Origin: a bacterium
GTDB taxonomy: Bacteria > Margulisbacteria > WOR-1 > O2-12-FULL-45-9 > XYB2-FULL-48-7
Assembly (NCBI GenBank): GCA_043812655.1
Contig: JBDRLW010000042.1
Coordinates: 1 to 24,937, forward strand
Length of the DNA stretch: 24,937 bases
Direction: 5' to 3'
Each line of letters begins with the position of its first letter. The stretch's first letter is position 1. Below the pieces are notes generated by a model, which saw only the letters and a program-made list of their open reading frames with translations, did no database searches and was not told the origin of the DNA. The position numbers and the translations under genes are program-made. Shown here piece by piece: positions 1 through 8,253 of this stretch.

Positions 1-1123
1 GGTTGTCAGCTTTATTATTGACCATTTTCATGGCAAATTGTTTGTCGGCGCCTCTCCCTTTTTCAATAGCCCCTAAATATGCGAGGTTGTGGGGGTGGAC
101 GTATTGCGCGGTGTCTTCCACGTTCTCAATTAATTCGATCGCGCTGGCGCTTTGCCAATCAGCGTAATCTGTCGGCGTTAACCTTTCTTCCATGTACCCG
201 CCCTTGTCAAGCGGAATAAACCTGAACCATCGTTCCTCTAAAACAGATTGGAACGCGATTAACCCGTGGTTGCCTTGAGAGGTTCTTTCCGTGTCAGGCT
301 CTAATTCCCCTTTTTCCCCCACTGCCTGGGTGGGATGTTTTACTTGGTACATAAAAATAACTTTCTTTGGGTCTAAACCAAAAAATTTGTTTCGAATAAA
401 CGCCTCGATTATCGGCGCGCCGGAATCTTGGTTGATAATGACCTTGAATTTCTGGCCGGCTACGATATCCTTGAAGGCGTCATCCGTGACGGTAAAGATT
501 TTTTTCGCTAATTGGTAAATGCTGAATAATTTGGCGGAGAAGATCCTTTCGCCGATCGTCAAATTTGATAGGTTGCCATACGTTGCGGAAATCGCGTCAA
601 TTCCGCCCTCGGCATTTATTTGTTTGTCCAGGGTAATGTATGTCGTGTTGTTTTCGTAGCCTGGTTGGACGATCCTTGAAGCAAACTCTGTTAATTTATT
701 CAGGAGTTTTTCCGCGGTTAAGGTAAACTTTGGTTCATTTAGTTCCAGCCTGGTTCCCAAACCGGCGTAGTGGCATTCTCTTTGCACTAATCCATTGAGC
801 AGGTTTTTCAAAGCGTTAGTGATGTGTTCTTGAATTCTGGCGGCATAATCGTTGCCCGCCACAATATAGTTGCCGTCCTCAACGATTGCTGAAGGATCAA
901 ATTTCCCGGGATATTCGAGTAAATGCGCCTGCTCCCTGGCCAGGGCTTTTTTAATTTCATCGGTGTTTTTTCCCCCAGCTTTCATTTTCTTTGCCATGGT
1001 GTCAAGCCTTTCGGCGTACTGGAAAAGACCGGACCCGCTCAATCCTCTCCCTCTATACCAATTTTTAATACTCCCCGTCATCTGCTCCCTAAATCCGGCC
1101 ATCGTCGTTGCTGTCATTCCCAT
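1..1123 (-). CDS. UDPGP-family UDP-sugar pyrophosphorylase-like protein (3' end runs off the window)
   Basis: Hand translation: open frame from ATG 1123 (SD-like AAGGAAGG upstream) to the window edge, MGMTATTMAGFREQ... Motifs YAGLGTRLELNEPKF (cf. GGxGTRLG...PK nucleotide-binding loop), NKFFGLDPKKVIFMYQ (cf. UAP/USP 'N.YFGL...V.FF.Q'), GNHG, ENVED. Absent from the ORF track because no stop lies in the window. Confidence 0.7.
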   Translation of the reverse strand, partial: MGMTATTMAGFREQMTGSIKNWYRGRGLSGSGLFQYAERLDTMAKKMKAGGKNTDEIKKALAREQAHLLEYPGKFDPSAIVEDGNYIVAGNDYAARIQEHITNALKNLLNGLVQRECHYAGLGTRLELNEPKFTLTAEKLLNKLTEFASRIVQPGYENNTTYITLDKQINAEGGIDAISATYGNLSNLTIGERIFSAKLFSIYQLAKKIFTVTDDAFKDIVAGQKFKVIINQDSGAPIIEAFIRNKFFGLDPKKVIFMYQVKHPTQAVGEKGELEPDTERTSQGNHGLIAFQSVLEERWFRFIPLDKGGYMEERLTPTDYADWQSASAIELIENVEDTAQYVHPHNLAYLGAIEKGRGADKQFAMKMVNNKADN

Positions 1124-1163
1124 TTTCAAGTAACCCCTTCCTTTTGTTAATGATTCCGTTTAC

Positions 1164-1190
1164 CTATCGATATACTTTACAAAAAATTTC
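1164..1190 (-). promoter_or_regulatory. sigma28/FliA-like promoter GAAATTTT-N11-ATCGATAG
   Basis: Same spacing as the sigma28 consensus TAAAGTTT-N11-GCCGATAA; about 40 nt upstream of the UDPGP-like ATG; two similar motifs elsewhere in the window. Confidence 0.4.
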
Positions 1191-1206
1191 ACTTTTTCTT
1201 TAATTA

Positions 1207-1215
1207 TGTTAGAAT
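1207..1215 (+). promoter_or_regulatory. extended -10 (TGT TAGAAT), 7 nt before ATG 1223; leaderless-type
   Basis: TGn-TAGAAT-gagccac-ATG with no SD. Confidence 0.5.
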
Positions 1216-1222
1216 GAGCCAC

Positions 1223-1630
1223 ATGCACAGCAATAAGCACCAATTTTTTGGGTTTGGGAAACAGGGGGAAACGACCAAAGAAGAAGGGGAGATCTATTAT
1301 CTCTCCGGCCGGGGGACGGACTTGGGTTGCGTCCTCGAAGTTAAAGAAGAGATCAAAAATCCCTCGCTCCTTGAGCTTGAGATCAAAGGGACGGTCGAGA
1401 AGCAACAGCATTGGACCCGCCTTAGGGTTGAGATCTTTGATAAAGATGATTTAAGTTTCCCTGCCACTTCGTTTGAAGAAGATTATTTGACCCAAGATGT
1501 TTCGCCCGAATATTTTAAAAAGTTTACCTTTCCAATTCTAGGGATCGTTAAACACCCCCACAAAGTCCAGGTGATGGTGGTTGGCCCTTCGGAATCAGAC
1601 CTCGAAATCAAAAATGTCCACCTCCGCTAA
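1223..1630 (+). CDS. hypothetical protein, possibly a beta-sandwich carbohydrate-binding-like fold
   Basis: ORF 1214-1630; second ATG (1223) preferred because of the -10 position; beta-strand-rich pattern (LELEIKG, RLRVEIFD, LEIKNVHL); overlaps the GH26 start. Confidence 0.55.
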   Translation: MHSNKHQFFGFGKQGETTKEEGEIYYLSGRGTDLGCVLEVKEEIKNPSLLELEIKGTVEKQQHWTRLRVEIFDKDDLSFPATSFEEDYLTQDVSPEYFKKFTFPILGIVKHPHKVQVMVVGPSESDLEIKNVHLR

Positions 1631-2438
1631 AGATGCGGGTTGCGCTGTCGGCGCGTTTGTTAATGGCCACGAAAATATTCCTGCTTTCGAAAAATTGATC
1701 GGGACTAAACTCGCGGTTGTCCACTGGTATATCCATTGGTTCGAGCCTTTCCCTAAAATTGAGATCGAAAATGTCCCGATGCTAACGTGGGAGCCGTGGG
1801 TGGAGGGGGCGCTTAACTCGATCCTGTCGGGGAAGCACGATACATATATAAAGGACTTTTTAACAGCGGCCAAAGAATATGGGAAACCGCTCTTGCTCCG
1901 TTTTGCCCATGAGATGAACGGCAATTGGTATCCTTGGGTAGGTAAGGAATATAAACAGGCTTGGGCCTATATACATAATGTAAAAAGGGAGCTTAGAGCG
2001 GATAACGTGAACTTTGTCTGGTGCCCCAACAATGAAAGCTTGCCAAGCGAGCCGTGGAATGAGTTCGCCAATTATTATCCAGGCGACCAATATGTTGATT
2101 GGGTGGGACTTGATGGCTACAACTGGGGCTACGATAAATGGCAGGCTTTTGACCAGGTTTTTGGATCTGCCTACAATAAACTAGCTGCTTTAACCAATAA
2201 ACCGATGATGATCGGCGAGTTTGCCGCAGGGGAAGACGGCGTTCATGATAAAGAAGCTTGGATCAAAGATGCTTTTCAAAAGATCAGAACAAAATATCCG
2301 CGCTTAAGATTGGTTTGCTGGTTCAATATCAATAAAGAACGCGACTGGCGGCTGAAAAAGCCCTTGAAGTGCGTTGGGTTATGCGATAAAATGCTACTAC
2401 TAAAAAGTCCCAACGAGGAAAATTCGCAGAAGGACTAA
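1614..2438 (+). CDS. glycoside hydrolase family 26 (beta-mannanase/lichenase-like), no signal peptide
   Basis: LRFAHEMNGNWYPW (acid/base Glu), YYPGDQYVDWVGLDGYNWG, KPMMIGEF (nucleophile Glu); ATG 1614 chosen over upstream TTG. Confidence 0.9.
   Translation: MSTSAKDAGCAVGAFVNGHENIPAFEKLIGTKLAVVHWYIHWFEPFPKIEIENVPMLTWEPWVEGALNSILSGKHDTYIKDFLTAAKEYGKPLLLRFAHEMNGNWYPWVGKEYKQAWAYIHNVKRELRADNVNFVWCPNNESLPSEPWNEFANYYPGDQYVDWVGLDGYNWGYDKWQAFDQVFGSAYNKLAALTNKPMMIGEFAAGEDGVHDKEAWIKDAFQKIRTKYPRLRLVCWFNINKERDWRLKKPLKCVGLCDKMLLLKSPNEENSQKD
2364..2392 (+). promoter_or_regulatory. sigma70-type promoter TTGAAG-N17-TAAAAT inside the GH26 3' end, upstream of the ABC permeases
   Basis: Near-consensus hexamers with 17-nt spacing, about 50 nt before the permease start. 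Confidence 0.45.
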
Positions 2439-2442
2439 TTGT

Positions 2443-3399
2443 TTGTCGCGACCTGATAAGAACAATAAAAAAAACCTGTGGCATCGAATAAAGCAAAATC
2501 GGATTGCTTATTACTTCATCGCACCCACACTGATCGCCATGCTTCTCCTCCATTTGTCGCCTATTGTCCAGGGGATCTACATGTCGTTCCTCAAGTTAAA
2601 TCAGATGACCCTCCAACAATATTTATTGGCCCCGTTTGTCGGGTTTGATAATTATTACAAGGTCTTGATCGATCCAAATAGTCCGATTAGGATCGGCCTA
2701 TTTGAGGCCATCAGGAATACCGTGATCTACGCGATCGTCGTTACCATTGGGACCCTGGCGGTGGGGATGATCGTGGCGCTAATGCTTAACCGGAAATTTT
2801 TTGGCCGCTCTCTCGTTCGCACCCTTTTTCTTTTTCCTTGGATCGTGCCGACCTATGTGACCGGTCTTCTCTGGGGGATCATGTGGCTGAAGCAGGGAGG
2901 CTTGGTTAATGTCATGCTGGTTGATTGGCTTCATCTCTTGCCCTACAAACCGTCATGGTTAACCGGTCCCAACACTATTTGGGCGATCATTATCCCGACG
3001 ATCTGGCGCTACTGGCCGCTTTCGATGTTAATGCTCTTGGCCGGATTGCAGACTATTCCCGACGAGCTGTATGAAGCGGCCGACATTGATGGGGCGGGTC
3101 CCTGGCGCAAGTTTTGGATGATCACCTGGCCGATGCTCCGGCCGGTCTGGTTTATCTTGATCCTTTTTGGCATGATCTCCAATACCTATTCCTTTAATAT
3201 TGTTATAATGATGTTTGGTTTTGGCGCGGGGTTCCCGGGTGAGTGGGGAGATCTGATGATGACCAACATCTTCCGCAACTCGTTCCAGCTCTGGAATTTT
3301 GGGACAGGAGCCGCGGCTTCGGTCCTGCTCCTGATCTTTATGGTGATCTTGGTCAATATCTGGTTCGCCTATTTCAAAAAAGCCGAGGAAATGTCATAA
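2443..3399 (+). CDS. carbohydrate ABC transporter permease (MalF/UgpA-like)
   Basis: Multiple TM helices, EAA loop LQTIPDELYEAADIDGA; TTG start. Confidence 0.93.
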   Translation: MSRPDKNNKKNLWHRIKQNRIAYYFIAPTLIAMLLLHLSPIVQGIYMSFLKLNQMTLQQYLLAPFVGFDNYYKVLIDPNSPIRIGLFEAIRNTVIYAIVVTIGTLAVGMIVALMLNRKFFGRSLVRTLFLFPWIVPTYVTGLLWGIMWLKQGGLVNVMLVDWLHLLPYKPSWLTGPNTIWAIIIPTIWRYWPLSMLMLLAGLQTIPDELYEAADIDGAGPWRKFWMITWPMLRPVWFILILFGMISNTYSFNIVIMMFGFGAGFPGEWGDLMMTNIFRNSFQLWNFGTGAAASVLLLIFMVILVNIWFAYFKKAEEMS

Positions 3400-3400
3400 A

Positions 3401-4270
3401 ATGCCATATTATTTTAAAAAGAGAATAATCGATTTTATTATTACTGTGATCATGCTAATGTTTCTCTTTATCACCCTCCTGCCGGTCGGCTGGATGGTTT
3501 TCTCTTCGCTCAAAAGCTCGACCGATATCGCGATCGGGCGGGTCGGTTTATCCCATAACACCCAAGGGAAAGTTGAGGTCAAATGGGGCAATTATGTTGA
3601 CATGTGGAAGAACGTCAACTTTGGTCTATATCTTAAGAATTCCCTGGTCATTTGCGGCTCAACGATGATCTTGGCGATGATCTTTTCAACTATGGCGGCC
3701 TATGCTTTATCCCGCTTCCGTTTTCCCGGCTCCGATTTTTTTAGTAATACTATTTTAGCTACTCAAATGATCCCGGCCATCATGTATCTTATCCCCCTTT
3801 ATATCATGTTCGTTAAGATCACCCTTTTAACCGGCATTCCGATCAAAGGATCGTATTGGGGGTTGATCTTGATCTATTCCGCGTTCTTTATCCCTTTTTC
3901 GATCTGGATATTACGCGGTTTTTTTGCCTCGATCCCCAAAGAGCTTGAAGAAGCGGCCAAGATCGACGGTTGCTCCGGCTGGCAGGTCTTTTGGCATGTC
4001 GCTTTGCCGCTGGCGATGCCGGGCGTTATCGCGACCGGTATTTATATTTTCTTGAACGCCTGGGATGAACTGATGTTCGCCTGGGTCTTAACAAATGCCG
4101 ACACGATGACGATCCCGGTCGGGATCCGGCTTTTTGTCGGTAATTACCAGAACCGTTTTGACCTGATGATGGCCGCCGCGACCGTGGCGACACTGCCGGT
4201 CGTAGTCTTGTTTTTCTTGCTGCAGAAGCATATAGTTAAAGGCCTAACTGCGGGAGCGGTGAAGGGATAA
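3401..4270 (+). CDS. carbohydrate ABC transporter permease (MalG-like)
   Basis: IPKELEEAAKIDG EAA motif, AWDELMFA, C-terminal VKGLTAGAVKG. Confidence 0.95.
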   Translation: MPYYFKKRIIDFIITVIMLMFLFITLLPVGWMVFSSLKSSTDIAIGRVGLSHNTQGKVEVKWGNYVDMWKNVNFGLYLKNSLVICGSTMILAMIFSTMAAYALSRFRFPGSDFFSNTILATQMIPAIMYLIPLYIMFVKITLLTGIPIKGSYWGLILIYSAFFIPFSIWILRGFFASIPKELEEAAKIDGCSGWQVFWHVALPLAMPGVIATGIYIFLNAWDELMFAWVLTNADTMTIPVGIRLFVGNYQNRFDLMMAAATVATLPVVVLFFLLQKHIVKGLTAGAVKG

Positions 4271-4281
4271 GAGAGGTAATA

Positions 4282-4413
4282 AAATGACAAATAACAATTT
4301 CCAAGCACCAAACAAGTTTCAATACCAAAAAGGAGAAAACTCCAATAAATTTAATATTTTAAAGTTTTTTATTTTGATATTGTTTGGGATTTGGAGTTTG
4401 GGATTTGGAAATT
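4282..4413. repeat. inverted pair of heptamer arrays (4x7 + AAAC + about 3x7), translated as the N-terminus and signal peptide of the downstream gene
   Basis: + arm AAATGAC AAATAAC AATTTCC AAGCACC AAAC AAGTTTC AATACCA; - arm AATTTCC AAATCCC AAACTCC AAATCCC AAAC AATATCA AAATAAA AAACTTT. Confidence 0.8.
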
Positions 4414-5975
4414 CAGCTCTTGCTAGACAGGTCTTCGTTGGCGTTTTCCGGGAAGGCGCGCCGAAGAACATGAATTATATTACCCAGTTTGAAAAACAGG
4501 TCGGTAAAAAACCGGCCATGGTGATGTGGTACCAGGATTGGGCCCAGCCATTCCCTAAAGAAGATCTACAGAGCGTGAAAAATTACGGTGCGGTGCCGCA
4601 CATTGTTTGGGAGCCGTGGTATTGGAGCGACAAAAATAAAATCAAGTTAAATGATATTGTTGCTGGCCGCTGGGACAGTTATATATCTTCTTGGGCTAAA
4701 GGGGTCAAAGAGTTTGGTTCTCCTGTCTTCTTGCGGGTTGCCCATGAGTTTAACATAGATGGATATCCTTGGGGGCTTATCCATAATAATAAAGATCCCC
4801 AGCTTTATATCAAAGCTTTCCGACATATAGTTGATGTTTTTAGGCGCGAAGGGGCGACCAATGCCAAGTGGGTTTGGGCGCCGATGAATTACTCTTTCCC
4901 TAAAGAGAAGTGGAATGATTGGGTCGCGGCTTATCCCGGCAATGATTATGTTGATTGGGTCGGCTTTGACGGATACAACTGGGGGACAACCCAGAGCTGG
5001 AGCGACTGGCAAGCCTTTAAATATCTGTTTAGGGAACAGGTCAGGTTAGCTAAAAAGCTCTGGCCGGCCAAACCGATCATGATCGCCGAATTTGCCGCCG
5101 CCGAGAAAGGGGGCGATAAAGCGGCCTGGATCAAAGAGCTTCCACAGTATTTAAAGACCAGCATGAGAGACATCGACGCGATCATCTGGTTTGATATAAA
5201 AAAAGAAACTGATTGGCGGATCACTTCTTCGCCTAAAGCATTAGCCGCTTTCCGGCTAATAATGAAGGACTCGATCTTCAGCAGTTCCGGCGAAGCGATG
5301 GGAAATTATGCTATTGACCAGGAAAAAGAGACTAAAAAAACGGCAGTAGCTTGCAAGACGGCCAAGCCGATAAAAATAGACGGCAGCTTAGCGGATTGGG
5401 TATGCCGCCAGCCGATCGAGATGAAAGATATCTCATATTTTAAAGAAGGGTTGGAATGGGGCGGCCCGGCGGACTTGTCGGGGAAAATCCAAATTATGTG
5501 GGATGAGACCAACCTTTATATTGGTGCGGTCGTAAACGATAAGATCGCGTTAGTCAACAAAAAAGACCGCCAGGATATCTGGAATGGCGACGCGATCGAA
5601 TTATTACTGGGCATCAATCCTAACGCAAAAGATAAACGTGAGTCTTTTGGCCCGGGCGATTACCAGATCGGGTTTAGTACTGGTGATGGCGGCAAGCATA
5701 AGCCGACAATTTGGAGCTGGCAGAGACATCGATCTCCACAAGGGGGTGAAATTGTAGTTAAAAAGGTTTCAAAACCACAAGGCTATGTAATGGAAGCGAA
5801 AATACCATGGAGTTTCTTTGGTGGTTTTACTCCCAAAGCGGGAATGCGGCTCGGGTTTGACATCGCGCTTGACGATGCCGACGCGAGCGGTGAACGCGAA
5901 AAACAATTCATCTGGAACGGAGACTTTTATTTCTACAAGGATCCGAGTGTCTGGGGCGTGTTAGAACTTAAGTGA
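4284..5975 (+). CDS. secreted GH26 glycoside hydrolase with C-terminal CBM9/DOMON-like sugar-binding domain
   Basis: SD GAGAGG; signal peptide ending SALA; LRVAHEFNIDGYPW, VDWVGFDGYNWG, KPIMIAEF; C-terminal IKIDGSLADW...MWDETNLYIG...WNGDAIEL...GYVMEAKIPW...GFDIALDDAD. Confidence 0.88.
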   Translation: MTNNNFQAPNKFQYQKGENSNKFNILKFFILILFGIWSLGFGNSALARQVFVGVFREGAPKNMNYITQFEKQVGKKPAMVMWYQDWAQPFPKEDLQSVKNYGAVPHIVWEPWYWSDKNKIKLNDIVAGRWDSYISSWAKGVKEFGSPVFLRVAHEFNIDGYPWGLIHNNKDPQLYIKAFRHIVDVFRREGATNAKWVWAPMNYSFPKEKWNDWVAAYPGNDYVDWVGFDGYNWGTTQSWSDWQAFKYLFREQVRLAKKLWPAKPIMIAEFAAAEKGGDKAAWIKELPQYLKTSMRDIDAIIWFDIKKETDWRITSSPKALAAFRLIMKDSIFSSSGEAMGNYAIDQEKETKKTAVACKTAKPIKIDGSLADWVCRQPIEMKDISYFKEGLEWGGPADLSGKIQIMWDETNLYIGAVVNDKIALVNKKDRQDIWNGDAIELLLGINPNAKDKRESFGPGDYQIGFSTGDGGKHKPTIWSWQRHRSPQGGEIVVKKVSKPQGYVMEAKIPWSFFGGFTPKAGMRLGFDIALDDADASGEREKQFIWNGDFYFYKDPSVWGVLELK

Positions 5976-6000
5976 AATTATTTTATGATCAGGCCGATAA
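5974..6000 (+). promoter_or_regulatory. sigma28/FliA-like promoter GAAATTAT-N11-GCCGATAA
   Basis: Perfect GCCGATAA -10 with canonical 11-nt spacer, followed by SD GGAGGAGG and ATG 6026. Confidence 0.5.
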
Positions 6001-6025
6001 GGAAATACAAGGAGGAGGCATAAAG

Positions 6026-6754
6026 ATGAAAAAGTTGACTAGTTTGGCTTTTATTTGTTCATTGTTAATTGGTTATTGTTCATTCCCCGCAGGGGCGATG
6101 GGTGGGCCGGCCCCGAAAAAAGCAGAAACGGCGCCATCAGCACTGCTGCTTGCCGACAAGGTTTTCATGATCGATAATTTTGAATCGGGGAGCATCAAAT
6201 CGCCGCGCGAATGGTGGACATTTGAACTGTCCAAGGGAGAAGCTGTTTCTAATAATGATTATAAGGGGGGAGACGAAGAGGTCGCGAGTGAAGTCGGTAA
6301 TTATTCGATGCTTATTTCCGGCCGGGCAAAAAATTGGTATGCCGGCGGTTTTGGGACTTATATCGGGAAAGAAGGCCAAGACCTCTCAAAATACAATAGT
6401 TTTTCGGTCGATGTCTATGGCGATGGACCAGGTTCTGGGACATTAAAAGTAGAGTTGGCTGATGATGATAATAACAATTGGCAGGCGGAACAAGACCCAG
6501 CCAAGAGTTACACTTTTATTTATGATGATAAATTTAGCTACGAGATCAAGATCGATTGGAATGGCTGGAAGAGAGTAACTATTCCTTTTTCTGATTTTGT
6601 TGATGAAAACCCACAAATTGGCGATGACATTTGGAATCCTGGCCAGCTTAATGGTTCGGGCGGCCTGCTCCAAGTCCAGTTCATATGTTTAGGGAGTACC
6701 GATTCCGGCAATGTTAATGCCAATATTGACAATGTCATGTTGACGGCTAAATGA
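6026..6754 (+). CDS. secreted CBM11/CIA30-like carbohydrate-binding protein
   Basis: Strong SD before ATG 6026; signal peptide MKKLTSLAFICSLLIGYCSFPAGA; IDNFES...QDLSKYNSFSVDVYGDG...IDWNGWKRVTIPFSDF...IDNV pattern. Confidence 0.7.
   Translation: MKKLTSLAFICSLLIGYCSFPAGAMGGPAPKKAETAPSALLLADKVFMIDNFESGSIKSPREWWTFELSKGEAVSNNDYKGGDEEVASEVGNYSMLISGRAKNWYAGGFGTYIGKEGQDLSKYNSFSVDVYGDGPGSGTLKVELADDDNNNWQAEQDPAKSYTFIYDDKFSYEIKIDWNGWKRVTIPFSDFVDENPQIGDDIWNPGQLNGSGGLLQVQFICLGSTDSGNVNANIDNVMLTAK
6055..6084 (+). repeat. 4x heptamer array TTGTTCA TTGTTAA TTGGTTA TTGTTCA within signal-peptide codons
   Basis: Read directly; exact 7-nt period. Confidence 0.7.
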
Positions 6755-7596
6755 AAAAAGTTGCCCTGTTCCTGGTTATCGGATTATTGTTTGTAACCAA
6801 AGTCTCGGCAGAGGTTAAACCCTTTGCCGAGCTTTGGAATAATGTTGCTTACTACGACAGCAATATAGAGCGGAAAGGTTTTACCTCGATCCTGGGGCGG
6901 TTTGAAGGCAAGGTTGGCGCTTACCTTCTTGATACCCCGGTCCAATTATATGGTGCTTATTACGCGATGGCATCGCAATCCCCTGATTATTGGGATAACG
7001 CGATCTATTATGGCCCTGGCATCAGGGTCAAACCGTTTGAAACGATGAAGTATCCTGACTGGTATACCGCTTGGATACCGGACGTTAAAGTTTTTTATGA
7101 ATCACTTTCTTCCACTTTTCTGAAAGATAATGTTTCCGGTGAGGCAAATAAAAGAAGTGACACCAGGTATGGGTTTGACGTCTGGCATGAATGGAACCTG
7201 GACAATCCTGATGTGACGGCCTATTGGGGAGAGTTGTGGGGAAACCTGTCGATGCGGTCGACAAACTTTAGCTATACTGATTTTAACAGCTATGTCCTTT
7301 ATGTCCAGCCGAAGATCGGACGCCACCTTGGCCGCGGGATCGAGACTTATGTCAGAGCAGACTTAACATATTCAGGGACAGCCGATTATTGGCTAAATGT
7401 CCTTGACTACGGAGTGGGGGTCAGGTTTGAACCGTGGCGGAGCGCTTATAAGACATCGGAAGATTCTTTGCTTAAGAAACTTAAAATGTTCGTTGAAGTC
7501 TTAGGGGTTTCTTACTTAAAAGACAAGCCGACGGACCCCAGCAAGAATGTTTCTACCGACGTCAGGTTTGGCGTTGATTTCTCCTACGGGAGATAG
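6751..7596 (+). CDS. exported protein, probable outer-membrane beta-barrel
   Basis: Signal peptide ending VSA; amphipathic aromatic-rich strands; C-terminal VRFGVDFSYGR resembles a beta-signal; ATGA overlap with upstream gene. Confidence 0.6.
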   Translation: MKKVALFLVIGLLFVTKVSAEVKPFAELWNNVAYYDSNIERKGFTSILGRFEGKVGAYLLDTPVQLYGAYYAMASQSPDYWDNAIYYGPGIRVKPFETMKYPDWYTAWIPDVKVFYESLSSTFLKDNVSGEANKRSDTRYGFDVWHEWNLDNPDVTAYWGELWGNLSMRSTNFSYTDFNSYVLYVQPKIGRHLGRGIETYVRADLTYSGTADYWLNVLDYGVGVRFEPWRSAYKTSEDSLLKKLKMFVEVLGVSYLKDKPTDPSKNVSTDVRFGVDFSYGR

Positions 7597-7599
7597 TTT

Positions 7600-8130
7600 A
7601 TGTATCTCATTGTTGGGTTAGGGAATCCAGGCAAGGAATATGAAGAGACCAGGCATAACCTGGGGTTTAAGGTTGCAGCTGAACTGGCGTTGAGGCTTGG
7701 CATTGCTCCATTAAAGAATAAACACCGCTCCCTTATTAGCGAAGGAAAGATCGGGGACCACAAAGTCATTATTGCCCAACCCCAAACATTTATGAATAAT
7801 TCCGGCCAGGCAGTCCAAGAGATCCTCTCTTGGCATAAAATACCACCATCCAAATTGATCGTCATTTATGATGATGTTGATCTCGAAGTTGGGATGGTTA
7901 GGGTGAGAGACAAGGGGAGTGCCGGTGGCCATCATGGGATCGAATCGATCATCTCGTCGATCGGAACGACAGAATTTAATCGAGTCCGGATCGGTATTGG
8001 CCGTGAAAGCTTGTCCGGTGATGTTAGTGATTATGTGCTGGCAAAAATTCCTCCCTCACAACGTGAAGCTTTAGCTGAAGCCGTGATAAAAGCGGCGGAG
8101 GCAGTGGAAGGGATTGTTGGGAAGATTTAA
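7600..8130 (+). CDS. pth: peptidyl-tRNA hydrolase
   Basis: LIVGLGNPGKEYEETRHNLGF, PQTFMNNSG, GSAGGHHG, RVRIGIGR. Confidence 0.97.
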   Translation: MYLIVGLGNPGKEYEETRHNLGFKVAAELALRLGIAPLKNKHRSLISEGKIGDHKVIIAQPQTFMNNSGQAVQEILSWHKIPPSKLIVIYDDVDLEVGMVRVRDKGSAGGHHGIESIISSIGTTEFNRVRIGIGRESLSGDVSDYVLAKIPPSQREALAEAVIKAAEAVEGIVGKI

Positions 8131-8151
8131 TTATTAGTTTTAATTTTAATA

Positions 8152-8218
8152 ATGTAGGGCAAGGGTTTATCCCTTGCCCTTTATGATTTACGGCAACGGA
8201 CAAGCCGTTGCCCTACAT
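8152..8218. repeat. REPIN-like element: two inverted GTAG-type REP hairpins
   Basis: Terminal IR ATGTAGGGCAA/TTGCCCTACAT; hairpins AGGGCAAGGG-TTTAT-CCCTTGCCCT and GGCAACGG-ACAAG-CCGTTGCC. Confidence 0.8.
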
Positions 8219-8235
8219 GAAATTTATTTTATTAA

Positions 8236-8244
8236 TGGTAAAAT
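8236..8244 (+). promoter_or_regulatory. extended -10 TGG TAAAAT, 9 nt before the mfd ATG
   Basis: TGn-TAAAAT, no SD. Confidence 0.5.
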
Positions 8245-8253
8245 AAAGATAAT

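Noticed and set aside
291..1150. Short + strand ORFs (291-518, 870-1133, 923-1150)
   Set aside because: Antisense shadows of the long minus-strand UDPGP-like frame
2467..2474. A8 run near the permease start as a phase-variation site
   Set aside because: Short, in frame and explained by Lys codons; no evidence of slippage
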